The notes: generated by a model not told the origin, from the sequence alone. DNA of 64,000 nt from an uncultured delta proteobacterium (GCA_963790475.1 CAWBOS010000013.1:288001-352000); one strand, 5' to 3'. Shown: positions 30,819 through 41,082, counted from the first letter of the stretch. Numbers and translations: made by a program.

Positions 30819-32173
30819 TGTTAAATGCCATGACATCGTGAACTAAATAATGTGCCATAACATCGTGAACAACGTTCTGTGACAATCGAATAGCCTCTCT
30901 GTCACAATCATGGACACCAAAACCAAAATGGAGGTGTTCATGATTGATGAGATTCAGCAACAAAGGACTTGGGCCGTACAGCGTTTTATTAACGGGGAGA
31001 AACCGGAATCCATTTGTGTCTCCCTGAGTTGCTCGAAAACGTGGTTGTACAAGTGGGTTAACCGTTTTTTAGAAGGCGATCCTTTCTGGGTAGAAAGTCG
31101 GTCCCAGCGACCTCTGATCACTCCGACACGTACCCCGCCGGAGATTGAAGAAATCGTCAAGTTGGTGCGTCTGAACCTTTACAACCGGGACTTGTTCTGC
31201 GGCGCCCAAGCCATCCACTGGGAAATGGAAGAACTCAACGTCCAACCGTTGCCTTCCATTCGGACTATCGACCGGATTCTCAGTCGCCAGGGTCTGACCC
31301 ATCGTCGAACCGGCCGCTATGAATCCAAGGGCACAGCCTATCCGAAGCTGCCCTCCTTGGTGCCGAATCAAACCCATCAGGCGGATTGGGTCGGTCCGTG
31401 TTATTTAACAGGACCCTTACGCTTCTATAGCCTCAATGTGGTCGATCTGGCTACGGGCCGCTGTGGGGTACATCCATCCGTCTCCAAAGCGGGCCAGAAT
31501 GTCATAGATGCCCTCTGGGCTATTTGGAAACGTCTGGGGATACCGGATAACCTCCAAGTGGATAATGAGATGTCTTTTTTCGGTAGTCCCATCCATCCTC
31601 GCGGTATGGGGCCACTGATCCGGTTGTGTCTGCATCACGGAGTCGAACCGTGGTTCATCCCCATGGCCGAACCCTGGCGTAATGGGGTAGTGGAGAAATT
31701 CAATGACCATTACGAACAACGGTTTCTTGCCAAAGATCCTTATGGCCACGCCGACGGATCTGCTATCCGGGTCACTGGCCTACGAGCAGAGGCACAATAG
31801 CACCTATCGTTACAGTAAACTGGGCGGCAAAACGCCACTGAAAGCCCTGGAGGTTGCTAAGCGAAGGCTACGTTTCCCTAAAAAAGAGCAAGCCGCCTCG
31901 GCATCGGCTCAAAAAACCTGAACTCGGACGATATCATCTTGTCCGCTTTATCCGGAGCAACCTGAAGTTGAACATCTTCGGTGAAATATTTCGTATGCCT
32001 CCCGAGTTGGAATATCAATATGTAGTGGCTACTATCGATGTCAAAGAACAAAAACTAAAACTCTACTTGGATAAAACCGAACAGTTGGTGTTCAACTACA
32101 AATTACGTTGAGAAACCCTTTGTCCACGATGTCATGGCATGAAAATCTGTCCACGATGTCGTGGCATTCATCA
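30819..32173 (+). mobile_element. Insertion sequence, IS481-like DDE family, 1355 bp
   Basis: TG...CA ends, 6-bp direct repeat TCTACT at 30813-30818 and 32174-32179, two 18-bp inverted subterminal motifs per end. Confidence 0.88.
30910..32111 (+). CDS. Transposase (HTH + integrase-core DDE) with two +1 frameshifts (~31734, ~31890)
   Basis: SKTWLYKWVNRF HTH, QADWVG (D), QVDNEMSF (D), NGVVEKFN (E); three overlapping frames join into one protein. Confidence 0.85.
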
Positions 32174-32431
32174 TCTACTCCATTTAATAACTGCTAATTG
32201 TCCAACAGCCCCACCTTCATTTCCCTTGGCTTTTTAGCCTCTCGAAGACCGCTGATAAAACGGCTTTCTTCTATTCCCCCGGGAATCCAGTATATTAATC
32301 AGTTTTTTCTCTCACCCAAAAGTAGATACTATTCTGAGAAGCTGACCTTCTGATTTTCGTTCTAAGTCATACTGACATAATGCTGGCAGTCCGACAGGAT
32401 ATAGGAGACCAATCATAGTTTTTACCAGCCG

Positions 32432-32460
32432 TTGACAATCAGATTGTGCTGTGGTATTTT
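32432..32460 (+). promoter_or_regulatory. Putative sigma70 promoter upstream of the ORF6N/cas region
   Basis: TTGACA - 17 nt - TATTTT with TG extension; palindrome ACAATC-A-GATTGT overlaps -35. Confidence 0.5.
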
Positions 32461-32532
32461 TTTTAACTATCTTATTAATTTTTCTTTTCTTTTTGTCTTT
32501 AACCCTAACTCGGGGAGTATAAGATGAAGATC

Positions 32533-32571
32533 AAAGGCCCTTTTCCTTTTACTGGAATTGGGCCTTTTTTT
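32533..32571 (+). terminator. Intrinsic terminator-like hairpin
   Basis: AAAGGCCC...GGGCCTTT followed by T-run. Confidence 0.65.
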
Positions 32572-32626
32572 ATACTTTTCCAAGGCTTTCAAAATTTTCC
32601 GGAAAAAAGTTGAGGAGTCTCAGGAA

Positions 32627-32657
32627 CTTTTAAAGTCACAATTTGTGACTTGAAAAG
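32627..32657. repeat. Non-coding palindrome (15-bp arms, 1 mismatch) related to the ORF6N/Bro-N coding palindromes
   Basis: CTTTTAAAGTCACAA-T-TTGTGACTTGAAAAG; reads LKSQFVT-stop in one frame. Confidence 0.8.
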
Positions 32658-32726
32658 AGGAGAACTGTTTAAGGTTACTAAAGATAGGGTCTCAACTGAA
32701 TGAAATAAACAATAAGGGGAAAATAG

Positions 32727-33275
32727 ATGGAATCTTTGGTTCCGACGGAAGTTATTGAGAGCAGAATCTTATTGATTCGAAGGCAGAAGGTCATGCTGGA
32801 TTCCGACTTGGCGGAGCTTTATGGGGTAACAACGAAAAGACTGAATGAACAAGTTAAGCGGAATCGTGGTCGTTTTCCTGAGGCTTTTATGTTTCAACTG
32901 AACTCCGAGGAAAAAGCCCAGGTGGTCGCAAATTGCGACCACCTGGCCAAGCTTAAGTTTTCGGCCACCCTCCCTTATGCTTTCACTGAACATGGGGCTC
33001 TCATGGTTGCCAGTATACTTAATACCCCCCGAGCTATTGAAATTAGTATCTTCGTCGTGAAAGCCTTCGTTAAACTCCGGGAGATGATCTCCACCAATAA
33101 AGATTTAGCCCGGCGGTTGGATGATCTGGAGAAAAAATATGACGGCCAATTCCAAGTGGTCTTCGAGGCTATCCGGGCCCTAATGGCTCCGCCGGTTAAG
33201 CCTAAACGAAAAATCGGCTTTGATCTGAAGGAGAAGCAGGCCGGATATGGCAGGAGGGGAACGAGAAAAAAATAA
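32727..33275 (+). CDS. ORF6N (KilA-N-like) domain DNA-binding protein, paralogue 1
   Basis: IRRQKVMLDSDLAELYGV.TKRLNEQVKRN..RFP..FMFQL, PYAFTEHG, KRKIGF tail. Confidence 0.9.
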   Translation: MESLVPTEVIESRILLIRRQKVMLDSDLAELYGVTTKRLNEQVKRNRGRFPEAFMFQLNSEEKAQVVANCDHLAKLKFSATLPYAFTEHGALMVASILNTPRAIEISIFVVKAFVKLREMISTNKDLARRLDDLEKKYDGQFQVVFEAIRALMAPPVKPKRKIGFDLKEKQAGYGRRGTRKK

Positions 33276-33415
33276 GGTGCTAATTTTCATCAATTTCACC
33301 ATGATCTGGCAATGTCATTCCAGACTCGATTCGGAATCCAGTATGTGAATCCACCCAAGGAAGGATGCTTCAACCGGAGCAATGAAAATTGGAATTCGAT
33401 ATCTTGAAAGGAGAA

Positions 33416-34045
33416 ATGAACACTATGGGAAAGGTGGTAAAGGGTAAACGGAAGGGAGCTGTTCCAAAAGCAAGACCAAAGGTAAAAAAAGATGAAAACC
33501 AGGACAGGGTTTACCAGCTCAGGATATCACTCATCGGCAGCAAGCCGGAGATTTGGAGACGAATCCTGGTCTCGGGCAATACCACCTTGGCCAAGCTTCA
33601 CGGAATCATACAGATACTCATCGGTTGGGAGGATGACCATCTCCATGAATTTGTTATTGCCGGGGTGCATTACACTATGCCTTTGCCTGATGATCTGGTC
33701 CCGTCTCAGGATGAAAAACGATTTCGTCTTTATGAGGTAGCCGCTAAGGAAGGCCTGAAATTCCTCTACACCTATGACTTTGGTGATGACTGGGAGCATG
33801 AGATCATGGTCGATAAAATCCTGGAAGAAGACAAACGGTTCGTTGGAAAGCCTGTCTGCATAGGGGGTGAGAATGCCGGCCCTCCCGAGGATATCGGCGG
33901 CATATTAGGCTACCTTGAAACGTTGAAAGCCATCAAGAATCCCCGCCATCCGGAACACGAGGAGTTGAAGGAATGGCTCGGGGAGTTCGATCCCAAGGCT
34001 TTTGATATCGATTTGGTAAACCGAATTCTGTCGAGAATGAGATGA
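33416..34045 (+). CDS. Plasmid pRiA4b ORF-3 family protein
   Basis: YQLRISL....P.IWRRILV, LH..IQ...GW...[25 protein letters not shown]. Confidence 0.88.
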   Translation: MNTMGKVVKGKRKGAVPKARPKVKKDENQDRVYQLRISLIGSKPEIWRRILVSGNTTLAKLHGIIQILIGWEDDHLHEFVIAGVHYTMPLPDDLVPSQDEKRFRLYEVAAKEGLKFLYTYDFGDDWEHEIMVDKILEEDKRFVGKPVCIGGENAGPPEDIGGILGYLETLKAIKNPRHPEHEELKEWLGEFDPKAFDIDLVNRILSRMR

Positions 34046-34055
34046 GGAGGTTTTA

Positions 34056-34610
34056 ATGAAAGAATCCGATATGGCACCTGCTGAGATTGTCGCAAAAAAA
34101 ATATTCCTTATCCGCGGGCAGAGAGTCCTGTTAAGCTCCTCCTTAGCGGAACTGTACGGGGTTGAACCGCGGGTGTTGATGCAGGCCGTAAAAAGAAATC
34201 TTGATCGGTTTCCTTCGGATTTCATGTTTCAATTATCCATAGAAGAGTTCCAAAACTTGAAATCACAGATTGTGATTTCAAGTTGGGGCGGATTGCGCCG
34301 GGCAAGACCTTATGCATTCACTGAACAAGGGGTGGCTATGTTATCCAGTGTCCTTAACAGTCCAAGGGCTATTAAGGTTAACATTACGATCATGCGCGTT
34401 TTTGTCCGGCTTCGCCAAATGATGGCCTCCCAAAGGGCCCTGTCCGGCAAGCTGGCCGAATTGGAAGAACGCATCCAGGATCACGATGAACAAATTACAG
34501 ACATTTTTAAAGCCATACGTCAGCTCATGGCACCGCCACTGAAACCCAAACGAAAAATCGGCTTTGATCTGAAGCAGAAACAGGCGAGGTATGGAAAAAA
34601 GAAAGGGTGA
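34056..34610 (+). CDS. ORF6N (KilA-N-like) domain DNA-binding protein, paralogue 2
   Basis: IRGQRVLL...[47 protein letters not shown]. Confidence 0.9.
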   Translation: MKESDMAPAEIVAKKIFLIRGQRVLLSSSLAELYGVEPRVLMQAVKRNLDRFPSDFMFQLSIEEFQNLKSQIVISSWGGLRRARPYAFTEQGVAMLSSVLNSPRAIKVNITIMRVFVRLRQMMASQRALSGKLAELEERIQDHDEQITDIFKAIRQLMAPPLKPKRKIGFDLKQKQARYGKKKG

Positions 34611-34630
34611 AAGGGAAAGAGGAATCATCA

Positions 34631-34819
34631 ATGACGCCTGAAAAATATTACGCCCACAGCCTGCCCGGCAGGCCCCCTGCCGAATGGCAGCCGCTGGAAA
34701 CGCATCTGAAAAATGTGGCTGAACTGGCCTGGGGATTTGCTGACTGTTTTGGGACGGGGGAGTGGGAGTATCTGGCGGGGTTGTAGCATGATTTGGGGAA
34801 GTATTCATTTGATTTTTAG
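34631..34819 (+). pseudogene. cas3: Remnant 5' end of a different cas3 (HD nuclease domain)
   Basis: Translates as MTPEKYYAHSLPGRPPAEWQPLETHLKNVAELAWGFADCFGTGEWEYLAGL*HDLGKYSFDF*; YAHS, HL..VA and HDLGKYS are Cas3 HD motifs; not in ORF track. Confidence 0.85.
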
Positions 34820-34856
34820 GAAATGTCTATAAAATAGTTGGAAGGCAGAATTATTC

Positions 34857-37208
34857 ATGAGATTTATCGCAAGATTTAATGAATCTGGTGGAGAACAGAC
34901 CCTCGTCAATCATCTGACCGGAGTCAGCACGAAAATTCACGTTTTGACCGACAATGATTTTTTCGGCGAGATTACTGGAATGCTTCATGACATAGGTAAG
35001 TACTCGGTCGCGTTTCAAGAACACGTTCGATCCAATTCGGAGGAGAATAAACCAGACCATTCGTCTGCCGGAGCGCAATTGCTTCTAAGCCTATTAAAAA
35101 AGCGAGCTGAGGAAATTGGTGAAGAAGAAATTAAACGGATTGCCCCGCTAATGGGACGCATGATTGCCCATTGCGTTGCAGGGCACCATTCGGGGCTGTT
35201 AAATGGATCTTCGGTTGGAGATGAAACCTCTTTAGAACGCCGGCTGACCAAGATATTGGAGCCGTATCTAAGTAATATCGAGCCGGACATTTCGCAAAGA
35301 TTAGATTCAATGGTCAATTCACTTTTGTCTGAAGAAAACCTCGATTATGTCTGTCGTTGGATTGATTCTGACGGTAATGTATCCGGGCGAGATGCATATT
35401 CGCTGCAATTCGCCATCAGAATTCTTTTCAGCGCTCTCGTTGATGCAGACCGACTCGATTCAGAGCAGGCCGGGAACCCCGACCAGTGGAAGATGCGTAT
35501 GTCGATAAAGAAAGATACGTTCCCTGTCTTGCTGAAAAAGATCGAAGATCATTTGAGCACACTTCCCTCGAATGGGACTGTGAACAAGGTGCGCAGAGAA
35601 GTCTCAGAGCAGTGCAAGGACGCTGCATCGGTGGAGCCGGGTTTTTTTGATTTAACCGTTCCAACAGGAGGGGGCAAAACATTTGCCAGTCTGCGATTCG
35701 CCCTTCACCATGCAATTAAACATGGGATGCGCAGGGTCATATATGTAATGCCCTACACAACCATTATTGATCAAAATGCGGATGAGTTCCGGAAGGTATT
35801 AGATCGAGACAAAGCTAGCATCAACGTACTTGAACACCATAGCAACATGGAACCTGAAAAGGAAACTCAAGAAAGTGAATTACTGACTGACAATTGGGAT
35901 AGCCCGGTTGTTGTAACCACGAGTGTACAATTCTTTGAGTCTTTCTATGCGGCCAAGTCAAGCCGATGCAGACGGCTGAATGCTATCAGGCAGGCAGTAA
36001 TTATTCTTGATGAGGCCCAGACAGTCCCTGTGCGCTACTTGAAGGCCGTAACTTGGGCGCTGGAAGAGCTTGTCACCAATCACAGTTGTTCAGTTGTCTT
36101 CTGTACGGCGACACAGCCGTTGCTGGACTCAAAACGTCTGGACGGAGAGGCACTGGATAATCATAGGATCGGTGTTACGAACGTCCGGCCAATAATTACA
36201 GAGCCTCAGAAATATTTTGTTGGACTGAGCCGTGTCAGGGTCCGTTCGGTTGATTCCAAGGAACCTCTCTGCGTCTCTGATATTGCGGCTATGGTAATGG
36301 AAAAGGCACAGGCAAGGAAAAGCGTACTATGCGTTCTTAATACAAAGAGCAATGCCAAGGCAATCTTCAAAGAAATGAACAATGGGACTGTTGTGAACAG
36401 ACTCTGGCACCTTTCAACTGGTATGTGTCCCCAGCATCGGAAAGATGTAATCGAGATTGTCAGATTGCTAACGGCCTATTCCCGCAAAACAGGAACGAAA
36501 GCTCCTATTGTGATCAGCACGCAACTTGTTGAGGCTGGAGTGAACCTCGATTTTGACGTTGTATTCCGAGCTATGGCAGGAATCGATTCTATTGCGCAGG
36601 CGGCAGGGCGGTGTAATCGCGAAGGCAGCATGCCTGCCCTTGGGGAAGTCTATTATTTCAGGGCGGAAGAGGATCTTCGCCACCTCCGAGATATCGCTGA
36701 AGCAAAACGTATAGGAATCGATACCCTTTCTGCCCTTGAGGGCAATACCGCGCTTACACAGGCCGAGAAAGATCCCATCGGTCTCATGGCGGTAGAGGAG
36801 TACTTTCAGAGGCTATACTGGAGCCAAGCTTCCGAGATGGATGAAAAAGGGATTGTTGCCCGTCTCACGTCACCGCGAAGAATAGAGGAGAGTGCCTATG
36901 TGCCTTTTACCACTATTGCCGATGACTTTCGATTCATAGAGAATGACACAGTCTCAATTCTGGTGCCCTATGGCCAGGTAGGGAAGTCGTTGTGTGACAA
37001 GCTAATCAAGGGCGGAATGTTGGGGTTTGATGAATACAAGACGGCAGGCAGATACTCTGTACAGGTATTCAGAGACACGTTGCCAAAGTTTAAACCACTT
37101 GTTTCCCCAACGAAAAGCAGCTGGCTTGTGCTGGCAGACAGTAAACATTACAACGAAACGGGCCTTCTTGGGCCAAATGAACTTTCAGTGGAGGACTATA
37201 TAGTATGA
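34857..37208 (+). CDS. cas3: CRISPR-associated helicase/nuclease Cas3 (HD + SF2)
   Basis: LHDIGK, HHSGL, LVDADRLD, VPTGGGKT, DEAQ, CTATQP, QAAGRCNREG. Confidence 0.95.
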   Translation: MRFIARFNESGGEQTLVNHLTGVSTKIHVLTDNDFFGEITGMLHDIGKYSVAFQEHVRSNSEENKPDHSSAGAQLLLSLLKKRAEEIGEEEIKRIAPLMGRMIAHCVAGHHSGLLNGSSVGDETSLERRLTKILEPYLSNIEPDISQRLDSMVNSLLSEENLDYVCRWIDSDGNVSGRDAYSLQFAIRILFSALVDADRLDSEQAGNPDQWKMRMSIKKDTFPVLLKKIEDHLSTLPSNGTVNKVRREVSEQCKDAASVEPGFFDLTVPTGGGKTFASLRFALHHAIKHGMRRVIYVMPYTTIIDQNADEFRKVLDRDKASINVLEHHSNMEPEKETQESELLTDNWDSPVVVTTSVQFFESFYAAKSSRCRRLNAIRQAVIILDEAQTVPVRYLKAVTWALEELVTNHSCSVVFCTATQPLLDSKRLDGEALDNHRIGVTNVRPIITEPQKYFVGLSRVRVRSVDSKEPLCVSDIAAMVMEKAQARKSVLCVLNTKSNAKAIFKEMNNGTVVNRLWHLSTGMCPQHRKDVIEIVRLLTAYSRKTGTKAPIVISTQLVEAGVNLDFDVVFRAMAGIDSIAQAAGRCNREGSMPALGEVYYFRAEEDLRHLRDIAEAKRIGIDTLSALEGNTALTQAEKDPIGLMAVEEYFQRLYWSQASEMDEKGIVARLTSPRRIEESAYVPFTTIADDFRFIENDTVSILVPYGQVGKSLCDKLIKGGMLGFDEYKTAGRYSVQVFRDTLPKFKPLVSPTKSSWLVLADSKHYNETGLLGPNELSVEDYIV

Positions 37209-37939
37209 AAAGAAAATCACCACCATTAGTTTTCACTGTTCGTGCTGAACGGGCGCTGTTTACCAGACAGGACCTTCGGATAGAGCGCTTCACGTATCCA
37301 GTACCTACGTTTGGTGCTCTTGCAGGAGTTCTGCGGTCGATCTACGCGAAACCCGCTTTTTACTGGGTACCGTCGAAGGTACTTATCTTGCAACCCATTA
37401 GTTACCAGAATATCCAAGTCAATGAGGTGAAAGATGCTGTTATCACGCAACGCCCATTCATTGCACCGGATCGGCGTGTCCAGAAAATGCAGACATATCT
37501 AAATAACGTTCATTATGTTGTTGAGGCGCACTTTGAGTGGTCTGGCAAAAACCCTGAAGACGAGAACCTCGGCAAGCACCTTGACATTTTTCGTCGATCC
37601 TTAGAAGTAGGAGGCCGTCGTGATGTTTTCTTAGGATTGAGGGAATGTACTGCTGTCGCAGAACCAATTGATGCAAAGTTCGATACGTTCAAGACGGAGG
37701 ACAGATTCAGTGCTGTCGTGGAAGAACAACGTGGGGAATGGAGGAAAATGGGACAAACAGGCTTAACAATGGATGTAGGCATTATGTTTTACGGTTGGGA
37801 GTGGGGTTCCGCTGGGGATGGGACAGATACACCTATCTTTTTTCATGCGATGGTGCAAAACGGTGTTCTTGAATACCCTCATCCAGATGATACTACCAAT
37901 CTCATACACCAAAAATTTGAAAGGAGGGCAGCGCAGTGA
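37205..37939 (+). CDS. cas5: Type I-C Cas5 (Cas5d), divergent
   Basis: ALFTR....ER.TYPVPT, NEVK, V.YVVEAHF, FLGLREC; position after cas3. Confidence 0.85.
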   Translation: MKRKSPPLVFTVRAERALFTRQDLRIERFTYPVPTFGALAGVLRSIYAKPAFYWVPSKVLILQPISYQNIQVNEVKDAVITQRPFIAPDRRVQKMQTYLNNVHYVVEAHFEWSGKNPEDENLGKHLDIFRRSLEVGGRRDVFLGLRECTAVAEPIDAKFDTFKTEDRFSAVVEEQRGEWRKMGQTGLTMDVGIMFYGWEWGSAGDGTDTPIFFHAMVQNGVLEYPHPDDTTNLIHQKFERRAAQ

Positions 37940-39995
37940 TTGCTGAACTCGTCAAGCAATACGACACGCTTAAGAGATGCAATGCTGAAGTGCCAGACCC
38001 GTATTTCAAACAACTGGAGGTCTGGGTAGAGATTATTTTGAAGTCTGATGACTCTTTCTACGTAAACTGGATTGGCAAACCAAAAGAAACGCCGAAGGAT
38101 AAGAAACCTACGATGAAGGAAGAAGGCGATACAGATGTGAATTGCCCCGTCACAGAAAATTCAACCTGCCGGTCCAGCGGGAACGATTCTCCACATGGTC
38201 TGGTGGATAATGCTATGTGGATTTTCGGTAAGTTCGCAACTGAAAAACAGAAGCAGAAATCGCAAACGGTGCCCAGAAAACTAGCCAAAGGAAAACAGAG
38301 CAAGGATAAAATTCCCTCTGATGAAGCCAGACGACAAGCCTATTTGAGTCAAATAAAAGCCTTTTATGATTATAAGCCCGATGTGCTCGGAGAGGTTAAG
38401 ACAATTTATGATTGCCTTTCCTCTGACGCTAAACGCAACGAACTATGGATAGCCATTGAGAAGGAACTGAAAGACAAAATTATTGATTGGAAGGGGGGAA
38501 GCTGTTTGAGAAAGACCAGCATAAGTGGCAGGTAACCGCCTCAAAGGCGAATATCCGGTGGGTAATCCAAAGTACCGGTGAATCCGGCAAGCCAGTAAAT
38601 GTGCTGGAGAATGTGAAAAAGGAATGGAAAGCCTTTCAGGAGAGCAAGAATGAATGGTGGATTACTAGCTTAGTAGATGGTCAGCGGAAATTAGCCCGAA
38701 TACTCCATCCTAGGGTTGGGGGAGCCAGTCTCGTCTCGTTCAACAATGCGGCAACATATTGTGGTCATTTAAGCCCTGAGTATAGAGGGAAACCTGGCAA
38801 GAAAAAAGAAAAAGATGGTGGCAAAGAAAAGAAGCGCCAAAAAAGTCGTCAAGGAGCTAATAATGGTAATGAAAAAGAGGAAACCGATGGTAGTGCTCTT
38901 CCTGCTCAGGTTGGATTTGAAGAGGCCGAGAAATACTCGAAGGCTCTTGACTGGCTAATAGAAAAATCGTCAGTCAGGTTTGGCGGCGATTCAGTTAATT
39001 GTATCTGGGTTGACCAAGGACAATCGGATGTCCAAGCGTTGGACTACGGTGCTTATGAGATTGTTAAACCACAGAATGAAAAGAGCATTTTTTCTAAAGG
39101 AAAGGCCAAAGGAGGCAAAGGACAAGTTCTGGCGGATAGCGGCGATTTGCTCAAAGCTTTACAGCGGTTTAGGAGCGGTCAAGAAGCTGGTTACCGTGAC
39201 AAACGGTTTTACTTGCTTTCGCTCCTCTTACGGAGAAAGGGTCGGCATGCAGTCCTTGGCAGCTACGTGGGCACTATGGCCCTTCTCGATGACAATGCCA
39301 ACCAGTTCGTCAGTCACACAAAGATAATGATTCCTCCGCGGTATCTTAACAATAAAGATGAAGCCCGTGAGTTCTGTCCTACATTGATGGATATTCTCTC
39401 TGCGGCGGGGGTCAAGTCTGAAAAAAAACAGCGACTGGTATGGGACCGTGAGGTCATTGAAGTAATTGTCACAGGTCGATCTCTGCCTGTGGATTTATGC
39501 CGGTTGGTACTACAGAAGGCCATTAAGGATAAACACTTAGAACGGTCAGAAAAGAAACGTTCAGAATACTTGGCACTGCTTGCTACTGCGGCAGGATGTG
39601 CCAGACACTATCTAACCGCAATCAGAAAGGAGGGATACGGAATGGGACTTGATACAAACATAAAAGATACCGGTTATCTCACAGGGCGATTATATGCTTT
39701 ATGCGAGAATATCCAGAAGCGGGGGAGGAGTTGGGGTCCAACTCTATCGGACAAACTGTTCTCTGCTGCTATCGATATGCCAAGGCAAACGCTGGTACAG
39801 CTTTACAAGAACTGCCTTTGTTACGAGGTATATAAGGCAGACCGAGAGTGGTTTGCGGAGATATTCGACAAGTTAAAACTGAACGACGGTGATTGCGGTG
39901 AAGGGGAAGTAATGCCCGAGACCGGCGTAGACCAATTTGCATTTATGCTGGGGTACTGGCACCAGCGTGGCGAACCTGCAAAGGACAAACAATAA
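37936..39995 (+). CDS. cas8c: Type I-C large subunit Cas8c (Csd1), divergent, split at G6 tract 38493-38498
   Basis: CRSSG, ARILHP, ASLVSFN, AEKYSKALDWL, GYLTGRLYALCENIQ, FMLGYWHQ; a seventh G joins ORFs 37936-38535 and 38487-39995. Confidence 0.82.
39642..39995 (+). CDS. cas11: Cas11c small subunit, internally translated in-frame from cas8c 3' end
   Basis: AAGGAGG at 39627-39633, ATG 8 nt later, MGLDTNIKDTGYLTGRLYA; matches known I-C internal start arrangement. Confidence 0.75.
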   Translation: MGLDTNIKDTGYLTGRLYALCENIQKRGRSWGPTLSDKLFSAAIDMPRQTLVQLYKNCLCYEVYKADREWFAEIFDKLKLNDGDCGEGEVMPETGVDQFAFMLGYWHQRGEPAKDKQ

Positions 39996-40059
39996 AAGTG
40001 GGGACGATAGTTCTACCAGAGCACAGACAAGAGAATAAAAAAAGATAAGGAGAACGACT

Positions 40060-41082
40060 ATGACCACAAATGCTTTGAAAAAACCAATCGAAAGCCGTGT
40101 TGATTTTGTTCTTGTTTTCAGCGTTGACAATGCCAATCCGAATGGTGATCCCGGCTACGATAACCGTCCACGGATGGATGGATATACCGGACACGGCTTA
40201 GTTACTGACGTGTGTCTAAAAAGGAAGATAAGAAATAGGATCGAGGCAATTAAGGAGCTTCAAAGCGGCTACGATATATGGGTTCGTTCAGGAACATATC
40301 TGAGAGAAACTATTGGAGATACACTTGATAAGGTAAGAAAGGAAGAAGAATACAAGAAACTAAAAACAGACAATGAAAAAGCCCAGTACGAGAAACGTCG
40401 CCTGTGTGAGCAGTTCTTTGACATAAGGGCTTTTGGTGGTGTCCTGACAAGTGACTCCGATTCCGAGGGCGAAGAAGGCCAGGCTGCGACCACGCAGAAA
40501 GCCAAATCCAAAGTCAGCCAGGTTCGCGGGCCAGTAAGCATTCAGTATGCCAAGAGCATCACTCCTATTGTCGTGGAAGACGACGAAATAACTCGAGTCT
40601 GCCCAACAAAATTCGAACCTAAGAAACCGGACAAACAGACAGAAATGGGGCGTAAGAAACGAATTCCCTTTGCGGTATATGTTGCCAAAGGGTCTGTCAG
40701 TGCCAGGCTCGCTGAAGGTGACAAGGGGACGGGATTTTCTATTGAGGATTTGAATTTGTTAAAAGAAGCAACGAAAACCCTGTTCCTAAATGACGAAAGC
40801 ACAGCCAGACCTATTGGATCAATGATTATACAGAAAGGAGTGTTCTTTACCCATAAAGATAAAGATGGCGACGAGGCTGTTCACAAAACACTGGAGCGGC
40901 TCAAGGTAGAATTCACGGGCAAAGAGGAAAACGGCGTCAAAGTCGAGAGATCGGAAAAGGCCAGAGATATGGGATGCTACAAAATATCCCTCGACAAAGA
41001 AAACCTGCCTAAAGATGATAATGGACAGCCAAAGATCAAGATAGAAGAGTTCGGCGAGTATGCTGCCGTGAATGTTTCGTGA
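40060..41082 (+). CDS. cas7: Type I-C Cas7 (Csd2)
   Basis: NANPNGDP..DNRPRMD, VTDVCLKRKIRN, FFDIRAFGGV, QVRGPV, EMGRK. Confidence 0.93.
   Translation: MTTNALKKPIESRVDFVLVFSVDNANPNGDPGYDNRPRMDGYTGHGLVTDVCLKRKIRNRIEAIKELQSGYDIWVRSGTYLRETIGDTLDKVRKEEEYKKLKTDNEKAQYEKRRLCEQFFDIRAFGGVLTSDSDSEGEEGQAATTQKAKSKVSQVRGPVSIQYAKSITPIVVEDDEITRVCPTKFEPKKPDKQTEMGRKKRIPFAVYVAKGSVSARLAEGDKGTGFSIEDLNLLKEATKTLFLNDESTARPIGSMIIQKGVFFTHKDKDGDEAVHKTLERLKVEFTGKEENGVKVERSEKARDMGCYKISLDKENLPKDDNGQPKIKIEEFGEYAAVNVS

Noticed and set aside
31703-31921. Programmed frameshifting in the transposase
   Set aside because: Shifts are +1, lie downstream of the DDE motif and resemble the other indel errors.
32271-33344. GGAATCCAGTAT twice (32282, 33333) within degenerate GTCATTCC..GGAATCCAG REP-like motifs
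   Set aside because: Too short and degenerate to support element boundaries.
39996-40059. CreTA/CreR-like mini-array in cas intergenic gaps
   Set aside because: No repeat-like sequence recognised here or in other gaps.
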